A DNA stretch of 64,000 bases. It comes from Chrysomallon squamiferum (Eukaryota; Animalia; Mollusca). The position numbers were made by a program, and so were the translations under genes. The notes beneath the pieces were generated by a model. That model had not been told where the DNA came from, did not search any database, and worked only from the letters and a program-made list of their open reading frames with translations. Each line of letters opens with the position of its first letter. The stretch's first letter is position 1. Positions 41,711-57,300 of the stretch are shown one piece after another. The stretch covers positions 11,656,001-11,720,000 of the forward strand of contig CM022674.1 in the NCBI GenBank assembly GCA_012295275.1, given 5' to 3'.

Positions 41711-42627
41711 ACTTCACAGTATAAACAAACATACATAACTATTACAAATAAAAATATAAACAAGTGTTATATAAGTAATTATAACAGAAACAAAAACACA
41801 TTAACATTACATACTCATTCACATAAACAAAAAAATAAACCTGTTACCTGTTACAAATGGACACACAGACAACCATACACAAACACATTGCACTTTAAAC
41901 TAAACACATACTATGTATTTAAGTAATTATTACAAATACAGATAGAAAAGTTAAACATATTATGTAATTAACTGACATACAGATAATTACAAAGTATCTT
42001 TTCTATTATTTAATAATTGACAGATACAGCCAGAAACAAAGATATTTTACAGACACATACAAAAGTAAAATGTATTATGTAATTATTACAAATAATTTTC
42101 TTGTGCTTCACACAAATGTCTGGTTTTCACCGAACTGTGAAATTGGATAAAAGATTAATGTTTTCATTGTCTGCAGTTTTCTTCTGCATTTTTTTTTTAC
42201 TTTCTGAGAAACACAGATCAAAACATACATGTATATATTCAACTGCTTAAAACTGATTATCTGTTCATATGTGCTAATAATCAGAAGTATAAATTTAAGC
42301 ATCAACAGTGGATTTAGTTTTTAATAAAAATATCTGCAAACATGTTTACAAATGTAGAGATAATACTAATAATAATAAGAAGAAAAAATAATATAAATAA
42401 TAAAAAATATAAATAAAGAAATAAAAAAGGAAAGAAAATTTTAAAAATTAAAACTTCTTCTACTAGTAGTACCACATCTACAGCAACAACTACTACTACT
42501 ACTCTGTTATTACCACCAACATTACTACTACTATTACTGCTTCTGCTGCTGCTAGCATCATTGATACTACTACTACTACTATTAATAATAACTGTAGTGA
42601 ATATAACAATTATGATGATGAAGTTAG

Positions 42628-42685
<58 letters not shown>

Positions 42686-42710
42686 GAAGAAGAAGAAGAA
42701 AAATAATGCT

Positions 42711-42756
<46 letters not shown>

Positions 42757-43681
42757 GGATAAAATAAATAATTAATTAATTTAAACACAACAGCATTAAT
42801 AAAAACCATGTCATTACAAAAAAAGAGAAGAAAAACAACAATAAAAAAAAAATAATAATAACAAAAAAAATAACAAATTAAATTTGTTTATGCTGTAAAA
42901 ACATGAAAACAAATTTATCTCTGGATGACATTAAAATGTACAGATTTGTTTTTCATTACACAGAGGTACAGCAGAGCAGACGACAAGTCTGCAAAAACAA
43001 CAAAAGAAAAGAAGAAAAATGAAGAAAAAAAGAACTGGAAATAATTATGGAAAAAAAAGCAGCAAAAGAATGAACAAAAAAATGTTACTAACAAAAAATA
43101 ATTAAAATAAAAATCAATGAAAAAAAAAAAAAAAACACAAAACAAACTAGATAAACAAGTAAATAAATAAACAGATAAATAAATAAAAAAAAGAAGAAGA
43201 TGAAGAAGAAAAAGAAATAAACAAGCAATCAATGAAGCAACCAAAAAAAAAAAAAAAAATAAAAAAAAAAAAAATAAGTGAAAGATAATTAGTAAATTTC
43301 CCAATCAAATACCTGTATTACAGGAATATTAACACAACTGCTGTTAATATGAAAATATGTTGACATTTCTGAATAATAATAATAATAATGAAAATGATGA
43401 TGATGATGATTACAATAATAATAATAATGATGATGATGATTACAATAATAATAATGATGATGATGATGATGATGATGACGATGATGATTATGATAATAAT
43501 ACAGGTTTATTCATCCTTTTTCAAAATGCTTTGGACTGATGTGTTTCAGATTTCTAACTTTTAAAGATTTTGGCATAATTATAAAGAGACAACCTAAGAA
43601 TAGGATCTAAGTCTAAATACAGATTCCATTTATACTTTATATATAGATTATACTCATAGACTTTTAATAATTTTGTACAAG

Positions 43682-43746
<65 letters not shown>

Positions 43747-46700
43747 ATAATCTGATATACGCATTTCTTCTGTTGAGAAAAAGTTTTCAGATTTCGAAGC
43801 CTTTCGGATTTTGAAATATTGTGTACGAAATCTTTAACTGATAATAATAATAATCATCATAATGATTTATTATTGTGCTTATTTCTTGATTTTTCTAAAT
43901 TCACAAATATAGTAAAGTACTAAACAAACTCGTCTAGACAGTGTGGTTTCTACTCCCCGAACAACTTAACTAGACCACTGACAGACGTAGAATTCTATTT
44001 TTAGACATTCCTATTTTCAGTAGTTACAGATGGCGGTTGTCGATAGAGTAAGTAAGAAAAATGTTTTCTCATCAAAATAAATGTTTTATTACGAACTGGG
44101 CTGTTTTCATAACAGACCTCATTCATTATTAAATAATGAAAAATCAGTAATTGTTGTTGGTTTTACGGAAACAGACAAACAGTGTCGCCATAAACGTGTT
44201 ACAGTAAAACTTGTGTTAGTCTGCAGAGTGCTGTAAAATATCTAAACATGTATCGTTCTTAAATAAAACATTAACACACACACACACACACACACACATT
44301 CATATATAAATATGTGTATGTGTGTATATATAATATATATGTATGTGAAGCTATGTATTTTCTTAACATAATTTATTTTTTCTTAAGGAAGTTTTATTTA
44401 TAAATATTTTTTTAAGTTACAATATTTTAGTATTTTCCTTTTCACATAAATCTTAATCACATAGTAAAAGTTATAATCTTAGTCAGAACAAGTTTAATAA
44501 ACTTAATAAATTTTCCTGAATTTGGGGTGGGAATCTTGTAATGATCGAAGCCCCCTCCCAAAAATTAACAGGAAATTGAAATTAACAGTAAAATAAAATA
44601 TAAAGAAATACATAAAAGTTTTAGAAATTAAAACTTAAAATAAAATTAAAAATAAAAGTAAAATTTAATTAAAAAAATAAATAAATTGAATTTAAAATTA
44701 GAATAAAAAAACAACAATTAAAATTTAAAAAAAAAACCAAGCAAATTAAAACAAATTTAAATATCAATTAAACATGCAGAAGTAAAAAAAAGAATAATAA
44801 TAAAATAAAAAATAAATATTTTAATAAATTTATCTTCAGAGGGGAAAAAGAAGAAATTTGATATGAAATTCAATTTTCTGTGACATTTTCATCACAAGTG
44901 GGTGTCAGACAAAACAAGACACAATTCTTCAACATTTGTGTCGAGCTGGTGAGAGGCAAGATGATATGAGCGATTCGATATGCCGTGACATTTGTTTCAA
45001 GAGTGGGAGAGAAATGACGGCAAACTCGGTGAAACACGCTTGATGTGTTTGAGAAACTGGTTCAACAGCTTCTTGCTGATCATCACTTTAATCTCATGTA
45101 CATCTGAGATTGAAGATCAATATGAGAAATCAATTTATGGCTCTTGAAAAAGTCCGATAGAAAAAGTTCAAATTGATATTCTTGACAGATGGTGAAATTA
45201 ATAAATAGATTGGGACGAGAGAGAGAGAGACAGAGACAGACACACTGAAAAAGAGAGAGAGACACACATAGAGAGAGACGGAGAGTAGAACAAGACAGAC
45301 AGACAGATACACAAACAAATAAAGATATATAAAGAGGTTGACAGTGGATAAATGGATGGGTGGAAGGTTGGAATGAATTGATAATTGAATCAGTGAATAA
45401 AAGAAATGGATAAACTGGTGGATGGAAAGATGAATGAATAAATTAATTATGTAAGGAAGAATGATGTAGACATCAACATACACAGGATAGACAGAAAAAT
45501 GTAAGAATGGATGGATGGACAAAGGGATGGATGAATAATGTCTGGTTAACATGTCAACAATGATGAATGCATTGTAGGATGGATAGAAACAGAGGAATTA
45601 AACAATGAATGAGAGAATGAAAAAATGAATGAAAGAATGAATCATGATGAAATGATGGATAAGTGAAAAGAAGAATGAAAGAAAAAAGTGCAAGTGATAG
45701 ATGAATTAAAAAGAATGGATGAGAAAATGAATGATCTAACAAAAATACGGATGGATGAGTGAAAGGAAGAATGAATAAATTGATAGATGGATGGATGGAA
45801 GAAAGGAAACATCTGTGTAGTGTTTAAATTATTGACAGTTTTCAGAGATGTGTGAGTTTCACACTTGACTGACTTTGAAATGCCTCGCTCACGTTTCATT
45901 ACACAAAACATTTATTTTGACAAAGACGTGGTACTGACGTCACGCTCCACTGCACACTGTCAGACTAACATGGAACTTGTCTCATGTTTCTGTCCTTTGA
46001 CAGACGGCATGTTTTTGTTCAGCTGTGATCATTTTGAAAAATGGAATGGCTGTTAATTTCTGTTTATGTATTATTAAAAGGTGTTTGTATAAAACTGGAC
46101 GGCTGACATGTGAAAATAAATGTTTATAAAACACACTGAAAGTTTGATTGGTTATTAATTTTTGTTTATTTATTATTAAAAGATTTGTCAACAAAACTGT
46201 GGCTATGGCTTAGTGTGTTTGTTCAGCAGAATATGGATCATTAATTATATGGATTTTGTTTGGGTTATATTCTGTAAGAGCATCTATGTGTGTGTATATG
46301 AGAGTGTGTGTGTGTGTGTGTATGTGTATGTATGTATGTCTGCATGTATGTATGTTTATATGTGTGTATGAGTATTTGGGTGTGTGTATGTATATGTGTG
46401 TGTGTGTGTTTGTGTGTGTGATATGATGTGTGTGTGAGTGTATGTATATATGAGTGTGTGTGTGTGTGTGTGTGTGTATGTATATATATATGAGTGTGTG
46501 TGTATGTGTTTATTATCTGTTTGTACAAATGTGTGAAAAAACAAGAACATTTCTGTCACAAACGACAGAAAACTAATTATAAGTAAATATTCACACAACA
46601 CATCACACACACTGGTGTGAACTGAACTGATATCAAATATCAAACATATCACACACTGTCATATATATATACATGTTTTTAACACACACACACAGACACA

Positions 46701-47327
46701 TATATATATATATACACACACACACACCTATATATACAAACATATATCCATACATACGTACATATATTTATGCACACACACACACATATATACACACACA
46801 CACACAGACACCTATATATACAAACATATGTCCATACATACGTACATATATTTATGCACACACACACACAAACACATTGGTGTGAACTAAACTGATATTT
46901 ACTATCAAACTCATCACACACTGTTATATAAGCATATGTTTTTAACATACACATATACATATACACATATGCACAGACACACAAACAATTTTAATTTTAG
47001 TACCATGATTATCCTGTTCATTTTAAAACTAAATCTCAATGTTGATTGTTTAAAATTTCTATATATTCACATTTATATAAAACAGTGGAAATATAGTACA
47101 AGCATGTAAAAATGTATTTTATTACCAAAATTAAATCTTTGAAATGCTGATAACCCACTGTCTGTTCGTTTGACTGTTTTAGTTTTGTCTTGCATCATTA
47201 CATGGAGCAAATCAGAACTGAACTACGTTGTGTAAAATTTAAACATCTCTTCTCAGATAATAATAATAAAATAATAACAAAAACAGCAACAACGAATCTG
47301 TAAATAATTAAGTAAATACATTTTAAA

Positions 47328-47359
<32 letters not shown>

Positions 47360-47918
47360 AATAAAATATATTATAATAAATAAATAAATAAATAAACAAA
47401 CAAATAAATAAATAAAATAAAATAAACAAACAAACAAATGAATACCATCATTCATTCATGTTATATAACCAAAACCTAAAAGAACATTGAACTAAATACC
47501 ACTCATAAAAAAATAACAACAAGAATCTTCACAAAAACCTCAAACATTCACTTACCTTGTAACAGAAATATTTTCTGAACCTCGTTGAAGGACAAACCAG
47601 ACATGTAATAAAAGCAAGTATTGCATCAGGATATACCCCTCTGCCAGACACTCCTCCCCTTGCTGACACAAGAACTTACCCCTAGTACTGCCGTTGTCAC
47701 TCTTGAAGATGTTGCACACCAGCGTGGAGCTGTCTGTCAGCTGTAGTGATTGTCAGACGATGAGAAAAACGTTTGACTAAATTTCCTCGTAAACACACGT
47801 GGTGATCCACTCACTAGAATCGCTTAAAATGTGCTTGAGCTTTTAACAGATCACTCAAGAGATGGTATTGATGTAGTAGTAGTAATTGTGTGATTTTGAG
47901 AACAGGAGGCAGAGAGAA

Positions 47919-48026
<108 letters not shown>

Positions 48027-50140
48027 AAAAGAAGAAAAAGACTGACAGAGGTAAAAGGGAAAAAAAAAAAAGAGAGAAAATAAAAGTAGAGAGAGACAGA
48101 AGAGAAAATATAGAAACAGAGAAAAAAAAAAAAAAGAGACAGGCAGATGTAGAGACAAAAGAGAGAGAGGAGAGGAAGAGAGAAATGAAGAGTTGCCAAT
48201 CAAACCGAATTATTTTAACAGAAATACACATTTGTCATCTGCTGTGTTTGTTTTAATGTTTTAATTAATTAATGGTTATGATGATGATGATGATGATGAT
48301 GATGAAGGTGTAGTTACTTATAGATATTGTCTCTTTAATCTGAAAATATCTACTGGCTCCTTTCATACAGTTTACCAAAATGTGCTTAATGAATAAATAA
48401 ATAAAAATAAAAAAAATAAACAAATAAATAAAAAACAAAAAAATAAAACAAACAAACAAATAAATAAATATATAAATATATAAATAAAAAAACTAAAATA
48501 AAAAAAATGAAAGATTAAAAATGAAGGTGACAGAAAACAAGTAACCAATCTGAAAACATACTGCCAGACATAAAATTAAGATAAAAAAATAAGAAAAATA
48601 ACAAGATCCATCGGCAATCCATTCGTGATGTTTTTACATTAATTTTCTCTAACATGGTTGATAACATTATCTAAACAGCAGTCTCCAATCAAACTATTTA
48701 AAACAAGAGTAAACGTCGATACTACTATCTTGAAAACAAGCTTTCTGTATTTGTTGTTTTGAAAACTGATTTGAGTGTCAGGGAATGTAATACTGACTAC
48801 AGAACATGTTACATGGAAGTGTTGATTTTTATTTTATTTTTTATTTTTTAAATATTTTTTCAATGATTTGATTGAAAGTTTGTACAAATGTTACATTATT
48901 AACAAGAATGTTTAAAATGTAATATGTGATTTTCTTTAAAAATTAAATATAGTTTAATTTTTTTTAATTTATTGCTTTTTAAAATATTTTTTATTAAAAA
49001 ATAGTCATAGAAAATCAAATGTCTTTATTTATTTATTGATTTTTATATATTTTATTTAGAAGATATTACAAAGAATACAATTACTTACACAAAAAGTGCT
49101 AGAAAAACTTTCATTTATTTGTATAATAGGTGTTACATAACATGGTACATCTATGGAACAAACTGTTTTTTTTCTTAAACATTTTTTATGCAAACATTTC
49201 TATACATAAAACAACTTTCAAAAATATTGTGTGCAAAAACAAGTAATAAATAACTGTTTTTTTTTTTTTTTTTTTTTTTTTGTAATGAAAAAAGTCTAGA
49301 TGAACTTCACAATATCATTTGTTCAGGATTTCTAATTAATTCACACCTGTATTTTTGTATATCTACATTTTATTTATACACTGTGTTATTTGACACCTGC
49401 TTAATTTCATTCACACATATTTCTCTCACCTTTTAAGGATGTTTACCATGGAGTTCTCTAAATCTGTAAGTAATAATAAACTGATAATAAATTATTATTA
49501 TTAAAAAGTGTAAAAAGAAAAGATAAGAAATGATGATATAGACAATTATGATAATAATAACAATAACCGTAATGAAATAACAATAATAATAATAATAACA
49601 ACAATAATAACAATAACAATAACAATAAGAATAAATATAATAATAATTAATAATGATGATGATGATCATGAAGATGATAAATGATGAAGATGATATAATA
49701 ATTATAATGTTAATAATAAAAACAGTCATTCTATTACTTCAGACTCTGAGTAGTTTAGATCCCACAGACTCTGCTACATGACAAAGTACACTTACCTCAG
49801 AGGTCAATGCACTTGTTACAGCACTAAACTGATTTATGAACAGTGGATGGAAACTGTTATTAAAAAAGGTGTAAAACTGTGTCATACAACATCTTCATTA
49901 TTTCTCATGGGGGTTACAAGATTTCCCTCACTGGTAGACATCATTTTTACTTGTGATAATAAGAACATAGCTGCTTTGTTGAAAGTGTGAGAATAATAAT
50001 AACCTCTGCCCTTTTGGTGTTAAACTTTGAGTGTTTTGTGACAGAGGTGAATACAAGTTCAGTATCACATAGAAACTCTCAGACATAAAGTTTTATAACA
50101 GACTTTATGCAATAAAAGAAAGAAAAAGTATCTTATTATT

Positions 50141-50173
<33 letters not shown>

Positions 50174-50226
50174 GAGAGAGACACATGTATACATCTCTCT
50201 CTCTCTCTCTCTCACACACAAACACA

Positions 50227-50274
<48 letters not shown>

Positions 50275-50471
50275 GACACACACATACACACATTAACAGA
50301 CACATTGACAGACAAGTCATATAGAAAGGGATGTATGGAAATTCACTAAACCCACTTAAACACCTGATGTACAGATTTATCCAGATTTCTCTACTTACAC
50401 AGTCAGGTTACAAAACAACTTTAATCCAATTACTCATTACTGTCTGTATATAGCACCTACAGTCATTCGAG

Positions 50472-50512
<41 letters not shown>

Positions 50513-51119
50513 TGTTTTTGTGTGTGTGTGTAAGTGCATGTATGAGAGAGAGAGACAGATTGTTATGCTCATGAACATTTTTGTATGTATGTACATATGA
50601 AAGTATGTATGTATGTATGTGTATGTATATATATGTATTTATTTTTGTATGTACATATATGTATTTATGCATGTGTATGTATATATGTATATTTTTTGAG
50701 TTTGTATTTATATATTTATGTATGTGTATATTATGTACATATGTATGTATGTATGTATGTGTTTTTGTATATACAAGTACAGGAATCTTAGGAAATATCA
50801 GATTCCTGCAGTTAAATCTGTGAGTGTTGAAACAATTGGATTCTTGTTCAGTGCAGAAAGTCCACTGGGAAATCTGAGAGTTTTGGCTAAATGATTTGAA
50901 ATTCCCGGATTACTGTCAAACATTTGATAGCTTGTTACTTTTGCGCTTACGTCCTTCGACCAGATTGGAGTTACCTCCCCTGAGACCAGGCCTGTGAACA
51001 GTTTGAGTCGTGTAGTTAAACTCGCGACTCTGTAAAGGAATAATTTCCTTTTCCTGCTTCTTCGTAAAACTGTCTCCAGCGATCTGGTTCCGAGATAAAT
51101 AATTAATTAACTGCGACAG

Positions 51120-51778
51120 CGACTCGTGTGTATGTTTTAACTGTGAGATACAGACGTAGATACACCAGTGACTCGTGTGTGTGTTTTAACTGTGAGATAC
51201 AGACGTAGATACACCAGTGACACGGGTGTGTGTTTTAACTGTGAGATACAGACGTAGATACACCAGTGACTCGCGTGTGTGTTTTAACTGTGAGATACAG
51301 ACGTAGATACACCAGTGACTCGCGTGTGTGTTTTAACTGTGAGATACAGACGTAGATACACCAGTGACTCGCGTGTGTGTTTTAACTGTGAGATACAGAC
51401 GTAGATACACCAGTGACTCGCGTGTGTGTTTTAACTGTGAGATACAGACGTAGATACACCAGTGACTCGCGTGTGTGTTTTAACTGTGAGATACAGACGT
51501 AGATACACCAGTGACTCGCGTGTGTGTTTTAACTGTGAGATACAGACGTAGATACACCAGTGACTCGCGTGTGTGTTTTAACTGTGTGTGTTTACAGACG
51601 TAGATACAGACGTAGATAGATACACCAGTGACTCAGTGACTCGTGTGTGTGTTTTAACTGTGAGATACAGACGTAGATGTGTTTTAACTGTGAGATACAG
51701 ACGTAGTCACCAGTGACTCGCGTGTGTGTTTTAACTGTGAGATACAGACGTAGATACACCAGTGACTCGCGTGTGTGC
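51120..51778. repeat. 49-bp minisatellite, ~13 copies, in the palindrome spacer
   Basis: Unit tgtgtgttttaactgtgagatacagacgtagatacaccagtgactcgcg. Confidence 0.96.
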
Positions 51779-52151
51779 TAACACACACATACATACACAT
51801 ACAGAAACCCAGAGACCCAAATATGCATCACATGCATATACACATATACACATACATACACATATACACACACAGACACATACACACATAGATACACATA
51901 TACACACAGACACATTCACATACATTCATACACACACATACATAGATACACATACATATATGCACAGAAAAATACAAACGCATAATACATATATACACAT
52001 GCATACACAGAGACACGCACGCATGCACACATACATATATAAACACAATACATGTACACACATAAATAAACACACAGACACATACACACACGTACTAACA
52101 TATATACACACACACATACACACAAACACACATATATATATATATACACAA

Positions 52152-52182
<31 letters not shown>

Positions 52183-52871
52183 CATACAAACACACATACA
52201 GACACATACCCACACACTACAGTTTTCAAACAGACATGTTCTAGGATCATGTCCCAGTAATCACTGAGATCTCACCCAACTGAACATCCACAAAAACACA
52301 AAACTAATACATCATCTGTATTTTGTTAGTCTGTAATCATAGAAAACTAATTTTAAAACTGATAGAAATAAAAGTCACTGAGATTAATCTGTGTCAGGTT
52401 GAAAAATGGTGACAGATGTTTCACTCAAAATTTCTTATTTTACTTTATCTACGCTAACCTATTTTTATAGTGGACATTTTAGCAAAGCACAAAATTACTA
52501 GTAGATGAAATCTGTCTGTTCTCCACCCAGCACTCACAGTCCACGTCTAATGCACCTCTAGACAAAACTACTTCAGCCTTTTTCATTTTTTGTTAAATTG
52601 TTTTTAAACTTCACTTTTCTCTCTCAGATTGTTTTCACACAAAATAGAGAGTTATATGATGTGGATGAAAGAACTGACGCACTTTTTCTAAACTTTTCTC
52701 TCCAAAGAAATCAAACAAATATGACGAGTTGATAGATGTACTCAATAATTAACTTATTACTCTGTGTAGTGCACACACCACTTATCTGAAAATACAACTT
52801 CACTTCATCATCCTAGCTCCTGCAGAGAAAGAATCCATATCAGACAGGGCTTTTTTTTAATTTTTTTTTTA

Positions 52872-52923
<52 letters not shown>

Positions 52924-53459
52924 AAAAAAATGTCACGTTATAGTCAAATATGAAAATAGAGATGTCATTTAATTTAGCATCCTGAAACATGTTTAGAATC
53001 TATCAATATTTTGCTTTGCTGTTTTTCAAAAGGACTGTATGTGTGATATTATACAGATATTTTTTTTTTTCTCTTATCTAACAAAAGTGCAACAAGAATA
53101 ACAAAAATAGTCATAAGTACTTTTGTAAATATATCCATTTCAAAAAGTTATACAAAAGAATACTGAAAATATGAAACAGAGAATAAGTTACACTGCAGTG
53201 ACACAAACAAGCTAACTTACATTATTGTTTAACATAATACATCCAGAACTGTCATATGTAGCAGTCCACTTGTGAATAAAGAATGAAACATGTTAATAGT
53301 AGTATGTATCAGTCTAGTTGTACACAAATATTGTGAACAGTGTATATACCAGTCTAAGTGAAAATAATAGCTTGTTAACACTGTTATGTACCAGTCTAGC
53401 AGTAAACAAATCATGATAACAATGTTAAGTACCAGTCTAGCTGTAAACAACTCTTCTTA

Positions 53460-53517
<58 letters not shown>

Positions 53518-53999
53518 ACACACACACACACCCACCCACACACACACGAGTGAAAGATAAAGACAGATAGAGAAAAAGACAGAGAGAAACATATAGAGAG
53601 AAAGACAGAGAGAGAAATAGACAAATGAGCACATTAAGTGTGAATATTATTATTATGTTAGAGAAAATTAATGTAAAAACATCACGAATGGATTGCCGAT
53701 GGATCTTGTTATTTTTCTCATTTTTTTATCTTAATTTTATGTCTGGCAGTATGTTTTCAGATTGGTTACTTGTTTTCTGTCACCTTCATTTTTAATCTTT
53801 CATTTTTTTTATTTTAGTTTTTTTATTTATATATTTATATATTTATTTATTTGTTTGTTTGTTTGTTTATTTGTTTTGTTTATTTGTTTATTTGTTTATT
53901 TATTTATTTATTTATTCATTAAGCACATTTTGGTAAACTGTATGAAAGGAGCCAGTAGATATTTTCAGTTTAAAGAGACAATATCTATAAGTAGCTAAC

Positions 54000-54031
<32 letters not shown>

Positions 54032-54278
54032 AACCATTAATTAATTAAAACATTAAAACAAACACAGCAGATGACAAATGTGTATTTCTGTTAAAATAAT
54101 TCGGTTTGATTGGCAACTCTTCATTTCTCTCTTCCTCTCCTCTCTCTCTCTTTGTCTCTACATCTGCCTGTCTCTTTTTTTTGTTTTTCTCTGTTTCTAT
54201 ATTTTCTCTTCTGTCTCTCTCTACTTTTATTTTCTCTCTTCTTTTTTTCTCCCTTTTACCTCTGTCAGTCTTTTTCTT

Positions 54279-54349
<71 letters not shown>

Positions 54350-57300
54350 TTCTCTCTGCCTCCTGTTCTCAAAATCACACAATTACTACTACTACATCAA
54401 TACCATCTCTTGAGTGATCTGTTAAAAGCTCAAGCACATTTTAAGCGATTCTAGTGAGTGGATCACCACGTGTGTTTACGAGGAAATTTAGTCAAACGTT
54501 TTTCTCATCGTCTGACAATCACTACAGCTGACAGACAGCTCCACGCTAGTGTGCAACATCTTCAAGAGTGACAACGGCAGTACTAGGGGTAAGTTCTTGT
54601 GTCAGCAAGGGGAGGAGTGTCTGGCAGAGGGGTATATCCTGATGCAATACTTGCTTTTATTACATGTCTGGTTTGTCACTCAACGAGGTTGAGAAAATAT
54701 TTCTGTTACAAGGTAAGTGAATGTTTGAGGTTTTTGTGAAGATTCTTGTTGTTATTTTTTTATGAGTGGTATTTAGTTCAATGCTCTTTTAGGTTTTGGT
54801 TAAATAACATTAATGAATGATGGTATTCATTTGTTTGTTTGTTTATTTTATTTTATTTATTTATTTGTTTGTTTATTTATTTTTATTTATAATATATTTT
54901 ATTTTATTTTATTTATTTATTTATTTATTTATTTAATTTAAAATGTATTTACTTAATTATTTACAGATTCGTTGTTGCTGTTTTTGTTATTATTTTATTA
55001 TTATTATCTGAGAAGAGATGTTTAAATTTTACACAACGTAGTTCAGTTCTGATTTGCTCCATGTAATGATGCAAGACAAAACTAAAACAGTCAAACGAAC
55101 AGACAGTGGGTTATCAGCATTTCAAAGATTTAATTTTGGTAATAAAATACATTTTTACATGCTTGTACTATATTTCCACTGTTTTATATAAATGTGAATA
55201 TATAGAAATTTTAAACAATCAACATTGAGATTTAGTTTTAAAATGAACAGGATAATCATGGTACTAAAATTAAAATTGTTTGTGTGTCTGTGCATATGTG
55301 TATATGTATATGTGTATGTTAAAAACATATGCTTATATAACAGTGTGTGATGAGTTTGATAGTAAATATCAGTTTAGTTCACACCAATGTATTTGTGTGT
55401 GTGTGTGCATAAATATATGTACGTATGTATGGACATATGTTTGTATATATAGGTGTCTGTGTGTGTGTGTGTATATATGTGTGTGTGTGTGCATAAATAT
55501 ATGTACGTATGTATGGATATATGTTTGTATATATAGGTGTGTGTGTGTGTATATATATATATATGTGTCTGTGTGTGTGTGTTAAAAACATGTATATATA
55601 TATGTGTCTGTGTGTGTGTGTTAAAAACATGTATATATATATGACAGTGTGTGATATGTTTGATATTTGATATCAGTTCAGTTCACACCAGTGTGTGTGA
55701 TGTGTTGTGTGAATATTTACTTATAATTAGTTTTCTGTCGTTTGTGACAGAAATGTTCTTGTTTTTTCACACATTTGTACAAACAGATAATAAACACATA
55801 CACACACACTCATATATACATACACTCACACACAAACACACTCATATATACATACACTCACACACATATCACCCACACACAAACGCACACTCACATATAC
55901 ATACACACACCCAAATACTCATACACACATATAAACATACATACATGCAGACATACATACATACACATACACACACACACTCTCATATACACACACATAG
56001 ATGCTCTTACAGAATATAACCCAAACAAAATCCATATAATTAATGATCCATATTCTGCTGAACAAACACACTAAGCCATAGCCACAGTTTTGTTGACAAA
56101 TCTTTTAATAATAAATAAACAAAAATTAATAACCAATCAAACTTTCAGTGTGTTTTATAAACATTTATTTTCACATGTCAGCCGTCCAGTTTTATACAAA
56201 CACCTTTCAATAATACATAAACAGAAATTAACAGCCATTCCATTTTTCAAAATGATCATAGCTGAACAAAAACATGCCATCTGTCAAAGGACACAAACAT
56301 GAGACAAGTTCCATGTTAGTCTGACAGTGTGCAGTGGAGCGTGACGTCAGTACCACGTCTTTGTCAAAATAAATGTTTTGTGTAATGAAACGTGAGCGAG
56401 GCATTTCAAAGTCAGTGAAGTGTGAAACTCACACATCTCTGAAAACTGTCAATAATTTAAACACTACACAGATGTTTCCTTTCTTCCATCCATCCATCTA
56501 TCAATTTATTCATTCTTCCTTTCACTCATCCATCCGTATTTTTGTTAGATCATTCATTTTCTCATCCATTCTTTTTAATTCATCTATCACTTGCACTTTT
56601 TCTTTCATTCTTCTTTTCACTTATCCATCATTTCATCATGATTCATTCTTTCATTCATTTTTTCATTCTCTCATTCATTGTTTAATTCCTCTGTTTCTAT
56701 CCATCCTACAATGCATTCATCATTGTCGACATGTTAACCAGACATTATTCATCCATCCCTTTGTCCATCCATCCATTCTTACATTTTTCTGTCTATCCTG
56801 TGTATGTTGATGTCTACATCATTCTTCCTTACATAATTAATTTATTCATTCATCTTTCCATCCACCAGTTTATCCATTTCTTTTATTCACTGATTCAATT
56901 ATCAATTCATTCCAACCTTCCACCCATCCATTTATCCACTGTCAACCTCTTTATATATCTTTATTTGTTTGTGTATCTGTCTGTCTGTCTTGTTCTACTC
57001 TCCTCTCTCTCTCTGTGTGTCTCTCTCTCTCTTTCAGTGTGTCTGTCTCTCTCTCTCTCTCTCTCGTCCCAATCTATCTATTAATTTCACCATCTGTCAA
57101 GAATATCAGTTTGAACTTTTTCTATCGGACTTTTTCAAGAGTCTATAAATTGATTTCTCATATTGATCTTCAATTTCAGATGTACATGAGATTAAAGTGA
57201 TGATCAGCAAGAAGCTGTTGAACCAGTTTCTCAAACACATCAAGCGTGTTTCACCGAGTTTGCCGTCATTTCTCTCCCACTCTTGAAACAAATGTCACGG

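Noticed and set aside
51120-51778. 49-bp array as a CRISPR-like locus
   Set aside because: Units are contiguous with no variable spacers
52629-52733. Acceptor-led frame IVFTQNRELYDVDERTDALFLNFSLQRNQTNMTS*
   Set aside because: No recognisable domain or linked exons; too weak to call
53300-53445. Degenerate cagtctag repeats as part of the 33-bp satellite
   Set aside because: Only an 8-nt core is shared and the period differs (~40 nt)
54528-54600. LVCNIFKSDNGSTRG as a retroviral integrase SDNG motif
   Set aside because: No other integrase motifs or extended frame, and the segment is bounded by splice-like sites
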